NCBI GenBank assembly: GCA_963784445.1
Contig: CAWARO010000003.1
Location: 669,276 to 733,275, forward strand
DNA from: an uncultured Acidimicrobiia bacterium
Lineage (GTDB): Bacteria; Acidobacteriota; Vicinamibacteria; Vicinamibacterales; UBA2999
DNA: 64,000 nt
Reading direction: 5' to 3'
In this document: positions 1 to 10,625 of the stretch, piece by piece
Numbering within the stretch: the first letter of the stretch is position 1
Layout: every line of letters begins with the position of its first letter
Position numbers and translations under genes: made by a program
The notes under the pieces: model-generated
What the model was told of the DNA's origin: nothing
The model's database searches: none
The model's input: only the letters and a program-made list of their open reading frames with translations

Positions 1-360
1 AAGGTGGCGTCGACGCCGGCGAACACCGCCTCCGGCATCGCGCATGACGGACAGACCGAAACCTACATCATCATTTCCGGCGGCGGTACGCTCGTGACGG
101 GTGGCAAGATCGTGAACGGCCGCCGCTCCGCGCCCGAGAGCCAAGTCACGCGTGTACTCAATGGCCCGTCCTGCAGCGGTCCGATTGTCGGAGACGATAT
201 CGTGCGCAAGGTGGTGAAGGTCGGCGACATCATCATCATTCCCGCCGGCGTGCCGCACGGCTGGGCCGACATCGGCGACCACGTGGATTACCTGAGCGTG
301 CGGCCCGATCCCGATCGCGTGATTCCGCAGCTCTACACAAACCCTCTGCTCAAGAAATAA
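1..360 (+). CDS. cupin-domain protein (5' end possibly outside window)
   Basis: Frame is open from base 1 (track ORF 4..360). Cupin-like motif GDIIIIPAGVPHGW near the C-terminus. Confidence 0.6.
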   Translation, partial: KVASTPANTASGIAHDGQTETYIIISGGGTLVTGGKIVNGRRSAPESQVTRVLNGPSCSGPIVGDDIVRKVVKVGDIIIIPAGVPHGWADIGDHVDYLSVRPDPDRVIPQLYTNPLLKK

Positions 361-448
361 GGTCCTCGGGTCCTAAGGTCTTGGGGTCCTAGGGCAAGGG
401 CTCTTGCCTTAAGACCCCAGGACCTTAAGACCCTAGGACTCTAAGACC
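361..448. repeat. palindromic element built of GGTCYTRR octamers (copy 1)
   Basis: Left arm 361-398 is GGTCCTCG GGTCCTAA GGTCTTGG GGTCCTAG GGCAAG. A 4-nt loop follows, then the inverted array 403-448. Lies between convergent genes and overlaps the stop codon of the 441..1151 gene. Confidence 0.75.
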
Positions 449-1151
449 TCCCGTGTCGCCACTTGATGCTGATGAGATCCTTCAGCATCTGTAATCCGTC
501 GCCAAGACGATTCACCGAACTGCCGCCGTGATAGCGGCAGTGCACGGGAAACTCCGCAATCCGCATCTTGAAGGTGCGCGCAAGATACAGCGCCTCGACG
601 TCGAACCCAAAACGATCCGATTCGGCCACCGCGAAGATGCGTCGAGCCGCGGCCGCGGTAAATCCTTTGAAGCCGCACTGCGTGTCGGTGATGCCAGGCA
701 ACACCGTGGCTCGCACAGCGACGTTGAACACCCGGCTCATCATGCTTCGGCCGGCCTTCGATTGTCCTTCCTCGACCGCGCCGGGCACCGTTCGCGACGC
801 GATCGCCACGTCGGCGCCGGCCTCGAATGCCGCCATCATGCGCGGCAGGTCTTCAATCGGTAACGATAAATCGGCGTCGATAAACACCAGCCGATCACCA
901 TGCGCCTCGCTGAAGCCGCGTCGCACGGAAAACCCCTTGCCGCGATTGACGTCGTTGACGAGGACGCGAACGTTGTCGCGGCCGGCCGCCGCGGTCCGCG
1001 CTTCCTCCGCCGCGGCTTGCGGTCCGCCGTCAATGACGACGATCACTTCCCACGAAAAGGGCTGCGCCTCGAGATACGCGCACACGTGAGCGACGGTGCC
1101 GCCGATGCGGCCGGCTTCGTTGTAGGCAGGGATTACCAGGGTCAGCAGCAC
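441..1151 (-). CDS. family 2 glycosyltransferase (polyprenyl-phosphate sugar transferase-like)
   Basis: 236 aa. N-terminal VIPAYNEAGRI, VVIDGGPQ and DADL motifs typical of GT-A/GT2. Confidence 0.8.
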   Translation of the reverse strand: MLLTLVIPAYNEAGRIGGTVAHVCAYLEAQPFSWEVIVVIDGGPQAAAEEARTAAAGRDNVRVLVNDVNRGKGFSVRRGFSEAHGDRLVFIDADLSLPIEDLPRMMAAFEAGADVAIASRTVPGAVEEGQSKAGRSMMSRVFNVAVRATVLPGITDTQCGFKGFTAAAARRIFAVAESDRFGFDVEALYLARTFKMRIAEFPVHCRYHGGSSVNRLGDGLQMLKDLISIKWRHGRS

Positions 1152-2488
1152 TATTCGATCCTCACGCTGCCGTCGCCGTTCACATATGCCTGGTGCGGCG
1201 CCGAGGGATCGATCCGGCCGCCGAGAATCTTGTACATGAAGTACTTATCCATCGTCGGATGGGCGCCCTCGAAGTTGACGCGGATGTCGCGCAGCAACGG
1301 CGCGCGGGCGGCCAATTCATACGAGGCAATGCGCATAACGCGATAGGGCGGGTATTTGAAGAACACCTTCGATTGGTCGACGCGGCTCGGTTGCAGGAAC
1401 AGGATGAACGCCAGCAACACGCCGCCGACGGCGTGGATGGCCATTCGCGATGGTATCGCCGCGATGGCCATGCCGTAGGTCAACACCATCGCCGTCGTCA
1501 GGGTGAGAAACCAGTAGCTGTCATACCCGCGGGTCCACGTGGCAAAGAGGATCGTTGCACCCGCGAGGCCGCCGATGGACGTGCTGAGAAGCACGTTGTC
1601 ACCGCGCCATCTAATCACGACGACGAGCGCCGCGACCAGCGTTGGAATCTGGAACCGCCACGAATCAAACTGCCGCACCAGTAATTCGCCGGCGCCGTTG
1701 ACGATCGACGCGTAGCTGCGATGGAGACGGAACGAATCCGCGTTCGTGATGTTGCTGATCGCGGTGGTGGGTCCCATCGGAGCCGCGGGATCCCACATCA
1801 CTGCGATGAAGTAGGGAATCTGCAACGCGAGCACGACGCCGCCGACGGCCGCCGCGAGGCGCGTCGACTCGCGCCAGTCCTTCTTCATCAATGGCTGTAC
1901 GACCAACGCCACGAGGAGTGGCGCCGCCACAAAGATGGCCGACAGATGTGCCTGCACCGCGCACCACGCCAATGCCGCGGTGACGACGATCTTCCATCGC
2001 GGCGGCGTATCGCCGAGCCCCAGCGCCATGGCCGTCGCCATCTTGATCAGCGCGGCGGCGACCGGTGGATTCCAGATCACCGACGAAATTGCGATGTCGA
2101 ATGGCGCGGAGGCGATCACCAGGCACATGGCGAGGGCGAGAAACGGAGTCACACGCCGCCACAGCGAGAGCAGCAGCCATGTGTCCGCGATCGATTGCAA
2201 CAGCGCGACCGTGACCCCGCCGGCGTGCGGGAGATAATCGGTGAACGGCCCGACGAGGTTCCGCCCAAGCCACAGCAGCCAGTAATACACGGGACCGAAT
2301 CCGCGGCCTCCGGCCGTGCTCGGTGCGCCGGTGAGCGGCAGCTCGGTGATTCCGCCCAGCGCGATGGCCCAGTCGCGCGTCTGCTCGCCGAGCATCAGGA
2401 ACGTGTCGGCGATGTCGTAAACACGGATGTAGAGGACGTACAGAAAGAAGATGGCGGCAATGGCCACCCGAGCGTAGCGCTCATTCAT
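1151..2488 (-). CDS. polytopic integral membrane protein (possible ArnT/GT39-like glycosyltransferase)
   Basis: 445 aa with many hydrophobic segments. Start overlaps the upstream UDG stop and its stop overlaps the GT2 start, suggesting coupling. No diagnostic motif recognised. Confidence 0.55.
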   Translation of the reverse strand: MNERYARVAIAAIFFLYVLYIRVYDIADTFLMLGEQTRDWAIALGGITELPLTGAPSTAGGRGFGPVYYWLLWLGRNLVGPFTDYLPHAGGVTVALLQSIADTWLLLSLWRRVTPFLALAMCLVIASAPFDIAISSVIWNPPVAAALIKMATAMALGLGDTPPRWKIVVTAALAWCAVQAHLSAIFVAAPLLVALVVQPLMKKDWRESTRLAAAVGGVVLALQIPYFIAVMWDPAAPMGPTTAISNITNADSFRLHRSYASIVNGAGELLVRQFDSWRFQIPTLVAALVVVIRWRGDNVLLSTSIGGLAGATILFATWTRGYDSYWFLTLTTAMVLTYGMAIAAIPSRMAIHAVGGVLLAFILFLQPSRVDQSKVFFKYPPYRVMRIASYELAARAPLLRDIRVNFEGAHPTMDKYFMYKILGGRIDPSAPHQAYVNGDGSVRIE

Positions 2489-3216
2489 CTGCGCAGCGAT
2501 TGTCTCACAGCGCTAAAGACCGCGTCGTACATCTTCGGCGTCACGACGCCGGTGTTGGTGTTCTGCCGCGAGGGGTGGTACGCGCCAACGAGCGTGATGC
2601 CGTCATGGATCCATTTCGCGCCGTGTCCGAACACCGGCCGCGGACGCGGAATGGATTCGCCATTCATCGCCAGCAGTTTCAGCCACGCGTCCCACGCAAT
2701 TTTGCCGAGCGCGACCACGACCTGCAGGCGGGGGAGATGGATAATCTCGTCCTGCAAGTGCGCCAGGCAGCGATCGATCTCTTCGGGCAGCGGCTTATTC
2801 GCCGGCGGCGCGCAACGCACGGCCGCCGCGATGTACGCATCCTTCAGTACCAACCCATCGTCGGTGCGTTGTGAGGTGGCGATGTTCGCAAAGCCGGCGC
2901 GCTTGAGCGCCGCCATCAGGAAGTCTCCCGACGCGCCGACACCATCGCCCGTGAAGACGCGGCCGGTGCGATTGGCCCCGTGCGCCGCCGGCGCGAGGCC
3001 CAGGATCAATAGTCGGGCATTCGGATCGCCAAATCCGGGCACCGGCTTCGCCCAATAGACCTCGTTCTCGAAACACGCCTTCTTGGTGCGCCCCACCTGC
3101 TGACAATACGAGCGCAGCCGCTCGCAGCGATTGCAGCTAATGATGGCAGTCTGAACGGCCGACAGAGAAGAAAGGCGGGTGTCCCGCACAGCGCTCATGT
3201 GTAGTCGTTGCAACAT
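2485..3216 (-). CDS. uracil-DNA glycosylase, family 4/5 (UdgB-like, Fe-S type)
   Basis: 243 aa. CNRCERL...C cysteines and the GLAPAAHGANRTGRVFTGD motif. Confidence 0.8.
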   Translation of the reverse strand: MLQRLHMSAVRDTRLSSLSAVQTAIISCNRCERLRSYCQQVGRTKKACFENEVYWAKPVPGFGDPNARLLILGLAPAAHGANRTGRVFTGDGVGASGDFLMAALKRAGFANIATSQRTDDGLVLKDAYIAAAVRCAPPANKPLPEEIDRCLAHLQDEIIHLPRLQVVVALGKIAWDAWLKLLAMNGESIPRPRPVFGHGAKWIHDGITLVGAYHPSRQNTNTGVVTPKMYDAVFSAVRQSLRR

Positions 3217-3303
3217 GTTACAAGCGGAGCGGGGCTGGGCTAGAATGGTTTGATTGTCTACTCAAAGAAAAGTGCTCATCTATAAGGAAGGCTTTCCAAG
3301 GCC

Positions 3304-5982
<2,679 letters not shown>

Positions 5983-6061
5983 CGGGACCCGGGACCCCGG
6001 AACCGGGACCCGGCAATCGGATCCCTGATCCCTGATCCCGGATCCCGACGAAGGACACAAG
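5983..6061. repeat. intergenic tandem 7-8 nt arrays (GGGACCC-type followed by GGATCCC-type)
   Basis: Sequence gggacccgggaccccggaaccgggacccgg caatc ggatccctgatccctgatcccggatcccg, between aceE and the E2 gene. Confidence 0.6.
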
Positions 6062-7493
6062 TTGGCAGATTTCATACTTCCCAATCTGGGAGACGGCGTC
6101 GCGCAAGGGGACGTCCTGAAAGTGCTCGTGAAGCCGGGTGACGCCGTGGCGGTCGATCAGCCGGTGCTCGAACTCGAAACCGACAAGGCGACGATCGAGG
6201 TGCCCTCGAACATTGCCGGCAAGGTCAAAGAGATCAAGGTCAAGGCTGGGGACAAGGTAAAGCCGGGTCAGGCTGTCCTCGTTCTTGAAAACGGCGCCAG
6301 TGCGCAGGGTGCGCAGGGTGCACAGGGTGCGCAGGTGCGCAGGGTGCACAAGGGCGCAAGGTGCGCAAGGTGCTGAGCCGCCGAAGGCGGAGGCTCCCAA
6401 AGAAGCCGCACCCGCACCCACCCCGGCACCGCAGGCACCTCCGGCACCCGAGGCACCCCAGGCTACGGCGCCGGAGAGACCGAAAGCGTCGGTCCACAAC
6501 ATTTCTGCCGCACGGCAGCCTGCGCCGGCCTCACCGCCTGCGCCAGCCGCGGCATCTCACGTCACGGCGGCTCCTGCCGCGCCATCAGTTCGGAGGCTGG
6601 CGCGCGAAATCGGTGTCGAGGTCTCGCAGGTTCCGGGCACTGGTCCTGGCGGACGCATTACCCAGGATGACGTCAAGGAATTCGCCAAGCGCGTGATGCA
6701 CAGCATCGGCGGCAACGGCCAGGCCGCGGCCGCGAGCGGTGTGGCGCGCCCGGCGGCCGGCGGACCCGTGCTGCCGGATTTCAGCAAGTGGGGCGAGGTC
6801 GAACGCAAGGCGATGAGCGGCATCCGCCGCAAGACGGCCGAGCATTTGAGCCACGCGTGGAACGCGATTCCGCACGTCACGCAGTTCGACAAGGCCGACA
6901 TCACCGCGCTCGAACAGGTGCGCAAGAAGTACCGGCCCGAAGTGGAGAAGGCCGGCGGCAACCTCACCGTGACCGCGGTGGCCGTGAAGGTGATCGCCAG
7001 CGCCCTCAAGGTGTTCCCGCAGTTCAACGCCTCGGTGGACGCGGCGGGCGAAGCCATTGTTTACAAGAAATACATCCACGTCGGCATCGCGGTGGACACT
7101 GAGAACGGCCTGCTCGTGCCGGTGATCCGTAACGCCGACCAGAAGAACCTCATCCAACTATCAGTAGAGATTCAGCAACTGGCGGAGAAGGCGAAGGCGC
7201 GCAAGCTGTCGCTCGACGAGATGTCGGGCGGCTCGATGTCGATCTCGAACCTTGGCGGCATCGGCGGCACGGCGTTCACGCCGATTGTCAACTGGCCGGA
7301 GGTCGCGATTCTCGGCATCTCGCGTGGCACGTTCGAGCCGGTGTGGAACGGCACCGCCTTCGAGCCCAAGCAGATGCTGCCGCTGTCGCTCAGTTACGAC
7401 CACCGGCTGGTCGACGGGGCCGATGCAATACGTTTCCTCCGCTGGGTGGTTGAGGCGCTGGAAAATCCATTCGCTCTCGCGCTTCGCGGATGA
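6062..7493 (+). CDS. aceF: dihydrolipoamide acetyltransferase E2 of PDH; reading frame interrupted twice in this sequence
   Basis: Lipoyl domain (ETDKATIEV) in the frame of 6062. Ala/Pro linker, subunit-binding domain and catalytic domain (DHRLVDG) in the frame of 6285. The frames are joined through a 9-bp (AQG) repeat carrying two 1-nt deletions. Confidence 0.85.
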
Positions 7494-7496
7494 CGA

Positions 7497-7574
7497 GGTC
7501 TTAGGGTCTTAGGGTCGTAGGGTCCTGAAGAACGCAGGCCTTTCAAGACCCTAGGACCCTAGGTCCCTAGGACC
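7497..7574. repeat. palindromic element built of GGTCYTRR octamers (copy 2)
   Basis: GGTCTTAG GGTCTTAG GGTCGTAG GGTCCTGA, a loop, then AAGACC CTAGGACC CTAGGTCC CTAGGACC. Lies between the E2 stop (7493) and the lpd start (7580). Confidence 0.75.
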
Positions 7575-7579
7575 TTCAC

Positions 7580-8992
7580 ATGTCACACCACATCGCAGTC
7601 ATCGGCGCGGGCCCGGGGGGCTATGCTGCCGCTTTCTATGCCGCCGACCTTGGCCTGAAGGTCACCCTGATCGACAACGAGAAGAATCCCGGCGGCGTGT
7701 GCCTCTACCGCGGCTGCATTCCGTCGAAGGCGTTGCTGCACGTCGCCAAGGTCCTCGACGAATCGAAGCACGCCAAGGAGTGGGGCATCGAGTTCGGCGA
7801 GCCCAAGATCGACGTCACCAAGCTCCGCGACTTCAAGAACCGCGTGGTTGAGAAGCTGACCAGCGGCACCGGGCAGGTGTCGAAATTCCGCAAGGTCAAT
7901 TACATCCAGGGCTGGGCGTCGATCGTCGATCCGAAGACCATCAGGGTCAAAAAGAACGGCGGCGGCGAGGAAACGGTCAGCGTCGACTACATGATTCTCG
8001 CGCTCGGATCGCTGCCGACGAAGATCCCGGCGCTCTCCAGCGAGTCGCCGCGGGTGCTCGATTCCACGGGCGCGCTCGACCTGCCGGAAGTGCCGAAGTC
8101 GATGCTGGTGATCGGCGGCGGCTACATCGGCCTCGAGTTGGGCTCGGTCTACGCCGCGCTGGGCACGAAGGTGTCGGTGGTTGAAATGACGCCGGGCCTG
8201 CTGCCCGGGGCCGATCGCGATCTGGTGAAGTTCCTCGCGCAGCGTGTCGAGAAGACATTCGAGAAGGTGATGGTCTCGACCAAGGTGACGTCGATGAAGG
8301 CGTCGGCCACCAGCGTCACCGTGACGTTCGAGGGCGAGGGCGCGCCGAAGGAAGCGACCTACGACTACGTGCTCGTGTCGATCGGCCGGCGGCCCAACGC
8401 GAAGATCGAGGGCCTAGACCAGACGAAAGTCAAAGTCGACGCCAAGGGCTTCATCGAGACCGACGGGCAGCGCCGCACCGCGGAGCCGACGATCTTCGCG
8501 ATCGGCGACGTGGCCGGCGAGCCGATGTTGGCGCACAAGGCGTCGCACGAAGCGCGCGTGGCCGTGGAAGCGATCGAAGGGCACAAGGCGGAGTTCGATC
8601 CGGCGGCGATTCCGGCGGTGGTGTTCACCGATCCCGAAATCGCGTGGGCCGGACTGACCGAAGCGGACGCCGAGAAGCAAGGCCGCAAGGTGGAAGTCGC
8701 GAAATTCCCGTGGCCGGCCTCGGGCCGCGCCATCGCCATCGATCGGGTTGATGGCCTCACCAAGTTGATTATCGACCCGGAGACCGAGCGCATCCTGGGC
8801 GTTGGGATCGCGGGCTCAGGCGCGGGTGAATTGATCTCCGAGGGCGTGCTCGCGATCGAGATGGGCGCCACCGCGTCGGATCTCAAGCTGACGATCCACC
8901 CGCATCCGACACTGACCGAAACCTTGATGGAATCCGCCGAAGTGTTTTTCGGTCAAGCGACGCACGTCTATAAACCGAAGCGAAAGCCGTAA
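7580..8992 (+). CDS. lpdA: dihydrolipoyl dehydrogenase (E3)
   Basis: 470 aa. FAD motif GAGPGGY and redox-active disulfide GGVCLYRGCIPSK. Confidence 0.95.
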   Translation: MSHHIAVIGAGPGGYAAAFYAADLGLKVTLIDNEKNPGGVCLYRGCIPSKALLHVAKVLDESKHAKEWGIEFGEPKIDVTKLRDFKNRVVEKLTSGTGQVSKFRKVNYIQGWASIVDPKTIRVKKNGGGEETVSVDYMILALGSLPTKIPALSSESPRVLDSTGALDLPEVPKSMLVIGGGYIGLELGSVYAALGTKVSVVEMTPGLLPGADRDLVKFLAQRVEKTFEKVMVSTKVTSMKASATSVTVTFEGEGAPKEATYDYVLVSIGRRPNAKIEGLDQTKVKVDAKGFIETDGQRRTAEPTIFAIGDVAGEPMLAHKASHEARVAVEAIEGHKAEFDPAAIPAVVFTDPEIAWAGLTEADAEKQGRKVEVAKFPWPASGRAIAIDRVDGLTKLIIDPETERILGVGIAGSGAGELISEGVLAIEMGATASDLKLTIHPHPTLTETLMESAEVFFGQATHVYKPKRKP

Positions 8993-9214
8993 CGCTTCCG
9001 CGCGGGCCGGCATCTCCCGGCGTGAACTCTCGTCTCGCCGGGAAAATGTCGCTCGGCGCATCAGGCTCTTGGCGCAACTCGGCGCACTGCTTGGCCTCAA
9101 ACAGGCGCGACTCTGGCCTCCGCGCCATTTTCCGGTAAGTGCTCTGCCGCGGCTCGCTCGAACGTTCACGCCGTGAGACGCCGCCCCGCGCTCCGCCGTC
9201 GGTTCCGGTGAGTT

Positions 9215-10213
9215 TCAGCTGACGGCTTCGGGGGGCACGCGACTTGGCCTGTAAATCGACACGAGGAGCGTCACGAGCGCCGCTGCGCCGAAGATCGCGA
9301 GCGGCATCCAGAACCGACCGCGTCCGATGTATTGCGAGACGCCGAACCCGGGATACTGGAACCTGCCTCCCAATACCATCAAGGTGACCCAAGCGATTGC
9401 CCACCACGCTCCCGCGTGAATCATCGTGGTTCGCCTTAATCCGCCGAGTAACCAGCCGGTTAAGCCGATGGGCAGCGTGAGCGCTGCCACCATGATGGAC
9501 GCCAGGCCCCAGCGTGGCCGGGTGCGTTCCGCCTGGGCGGCGAGGTAGCGCGGGTTGCTGCGGAACTGTTCCCGGAGTTTCGCGCGTTCCGCGGCATTCG
9601 TCTGGCGGATTTGGCGCACGGCGGTGGCCGGGTACGACACGCGGCCGGCTTGATCCGCAGCCTCGTCCCTCAGGTGCATCGCCTCGTAGAGTTCGTCGCG
9701 AACATCGCCCTGCATCAACGGCGTGAGCCAGGCGGCGGTTAAATACGCGACCAAGGCAGCACCCAGCAGCAGTGCCGTCGCACCCCGGACCGCCAACTGC
9801 CCGGCGCCGCGAATCAGCATCATCATCGGCAACATCGCGAGCGGGATCGCCAGTGGCAGGATCAGCGGCAGCGCCATCCAGAATCGCATCTCGGGCGGGA
9901 AGTCATTCCTGAACTGGAGCACGTTCAATCCGATTTGGATTGCGACGAGAAGCAGCGTGGACAGAGCAAGAACGCTCAGCCCTTTCACCAGCGCGGCACC
10001 CGGCATCGCACTACCTCCAGTTATGAAACACAGTGCCAGTGTCACGGCAAACGCTAACGCGCCGTTCGCGACAGTCCACACACGCGTTGGTCCAGATGTT
10101 CCGTCGAGCTCGCGCTGCCAGTCGGCGACGAGCGGCTCGAAGATCGTCCGCCGCGCGTGTTCGCCGCACAGCAGGCCCGCGACGCCGAGAAGTCGATTCA
10201 TCGCACCTCGCAC
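9215..10213 (-). CDS. hypothetical integral membrane protein, co-transcribed with the PadR regulator
   Basis: 332 aa with several hydrophobic helices, 15 bp downstream of the PadR gene on the same strand. Confidence 0.6.
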   Translation of the reverse strand: MRGAMNRLLGVAGLLCGEHARRTIFEPLVADWQRELDGTSGPTRVWTVANGALAFAVTLALCFITGGSAMPGAALVKGLSVLALSTLLLVAIQIGLNVLQFRNDFPPEMRFWMALPLILPLAIPLAMLPMMMLIRGAGQLAVRGATALLLGAALVAYLTAAWLTPLMQGDVRDELYEAMHLRDEAADQAGRVSYPATAVRQIRQTNAAERAKLREQFRSNPRYLAAQAERTRPRWGLASIMVAALTLPIGLTGWLLGGLRRTTMIHAGAWWAIAWVTLMVLGGRFQYPGFGVSQYIGRGRFWMPLAIFGAAALVTLLVSIYRPSRVPPEAVS

Positions 10214-10228
10214 TCACCGCTAGGCACC

Positions 10229-10591
10229 CTACGCACCCGTACGCACCGTACGCACCGACAACCCGTACATTTCTTCCGCCGCCTGCCACGCCGCGAGCGC
10301 GCGCAATGCGAATCCGGTGGGTCGATACAAACGGCGCGGCAACCCGATCGCGCCCGCGGGCTGCGCTTCCTGGCGCGACTCCAGGAGGCCCTTCTCCTGC
10401 ATCCGTCCGAGCGTGACGTAGACGGTGCCGCGCTTGAGCCGTCCTTCCGACAACTCGACCATTTGCAGGCCAAACAGCTCGTCGTGGGCCGCCAGCAGTT
10501 CGATGATCTGTCGTTCGGTGGCCGAAAACCTCGGGAGTTGCTCGTTCACGCCAATAATTATCGATCTTACAAACAGTAAGTCAAGGGCCAA
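10229..10591 (-). CDS. PadR family transcriptional regulator
   Basis: 120 aa winged-helix sequence: GLQMVELSEGRLKRGTVYVTLGRMQEKGLLES. Confidence 0.85.
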   Translation of the reverse strand: MALDLLFVRSIIIGVNEQLPRFSATERQIIELLAAHDELFGLQMVELSEGRLKRGTVYVTLGRMQEKGLLESRQEAQPAGAIGLPRRLYRPTGFALRALAAWQAAEEMYGLSVRTVRTGA

Positions 10592-10625
10592 GTTGGGTGG
10601 CCATTCTGTCCTATACTGCCCAACA

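Noticed and set aside
361-448. CRISPR array as an explanation for the short tandem units here and at 7497, 41164 and 5983
   Set aside because: The units are 7-9 nt and directly abutting, with no spacers. The arrays are inverted-repeat hairpins, and no cas genes are present.
6285-6353. ATG at 6285 as the start of a separate catalytic-domain E2 protein
   Set aside because: Its first 23 codons (MKTAPVRRVRRVHRVRRCAGCTR) are simply the out-of-frame reading of the lipoyl-domain end and the AQG repeat.
8993-9214. Possible tRNA/sRNA or small ORFs (e.g. minus-strand MARRPESRLFEAKQ...) in the 222-bp gap after lpd
   Set aside because: No T-loop/anticodon-arm pattern by eye. The ORFs lack a Shine-Dalgarno and overlap the lpd 3' end. 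Only weak small hairpins are seen.
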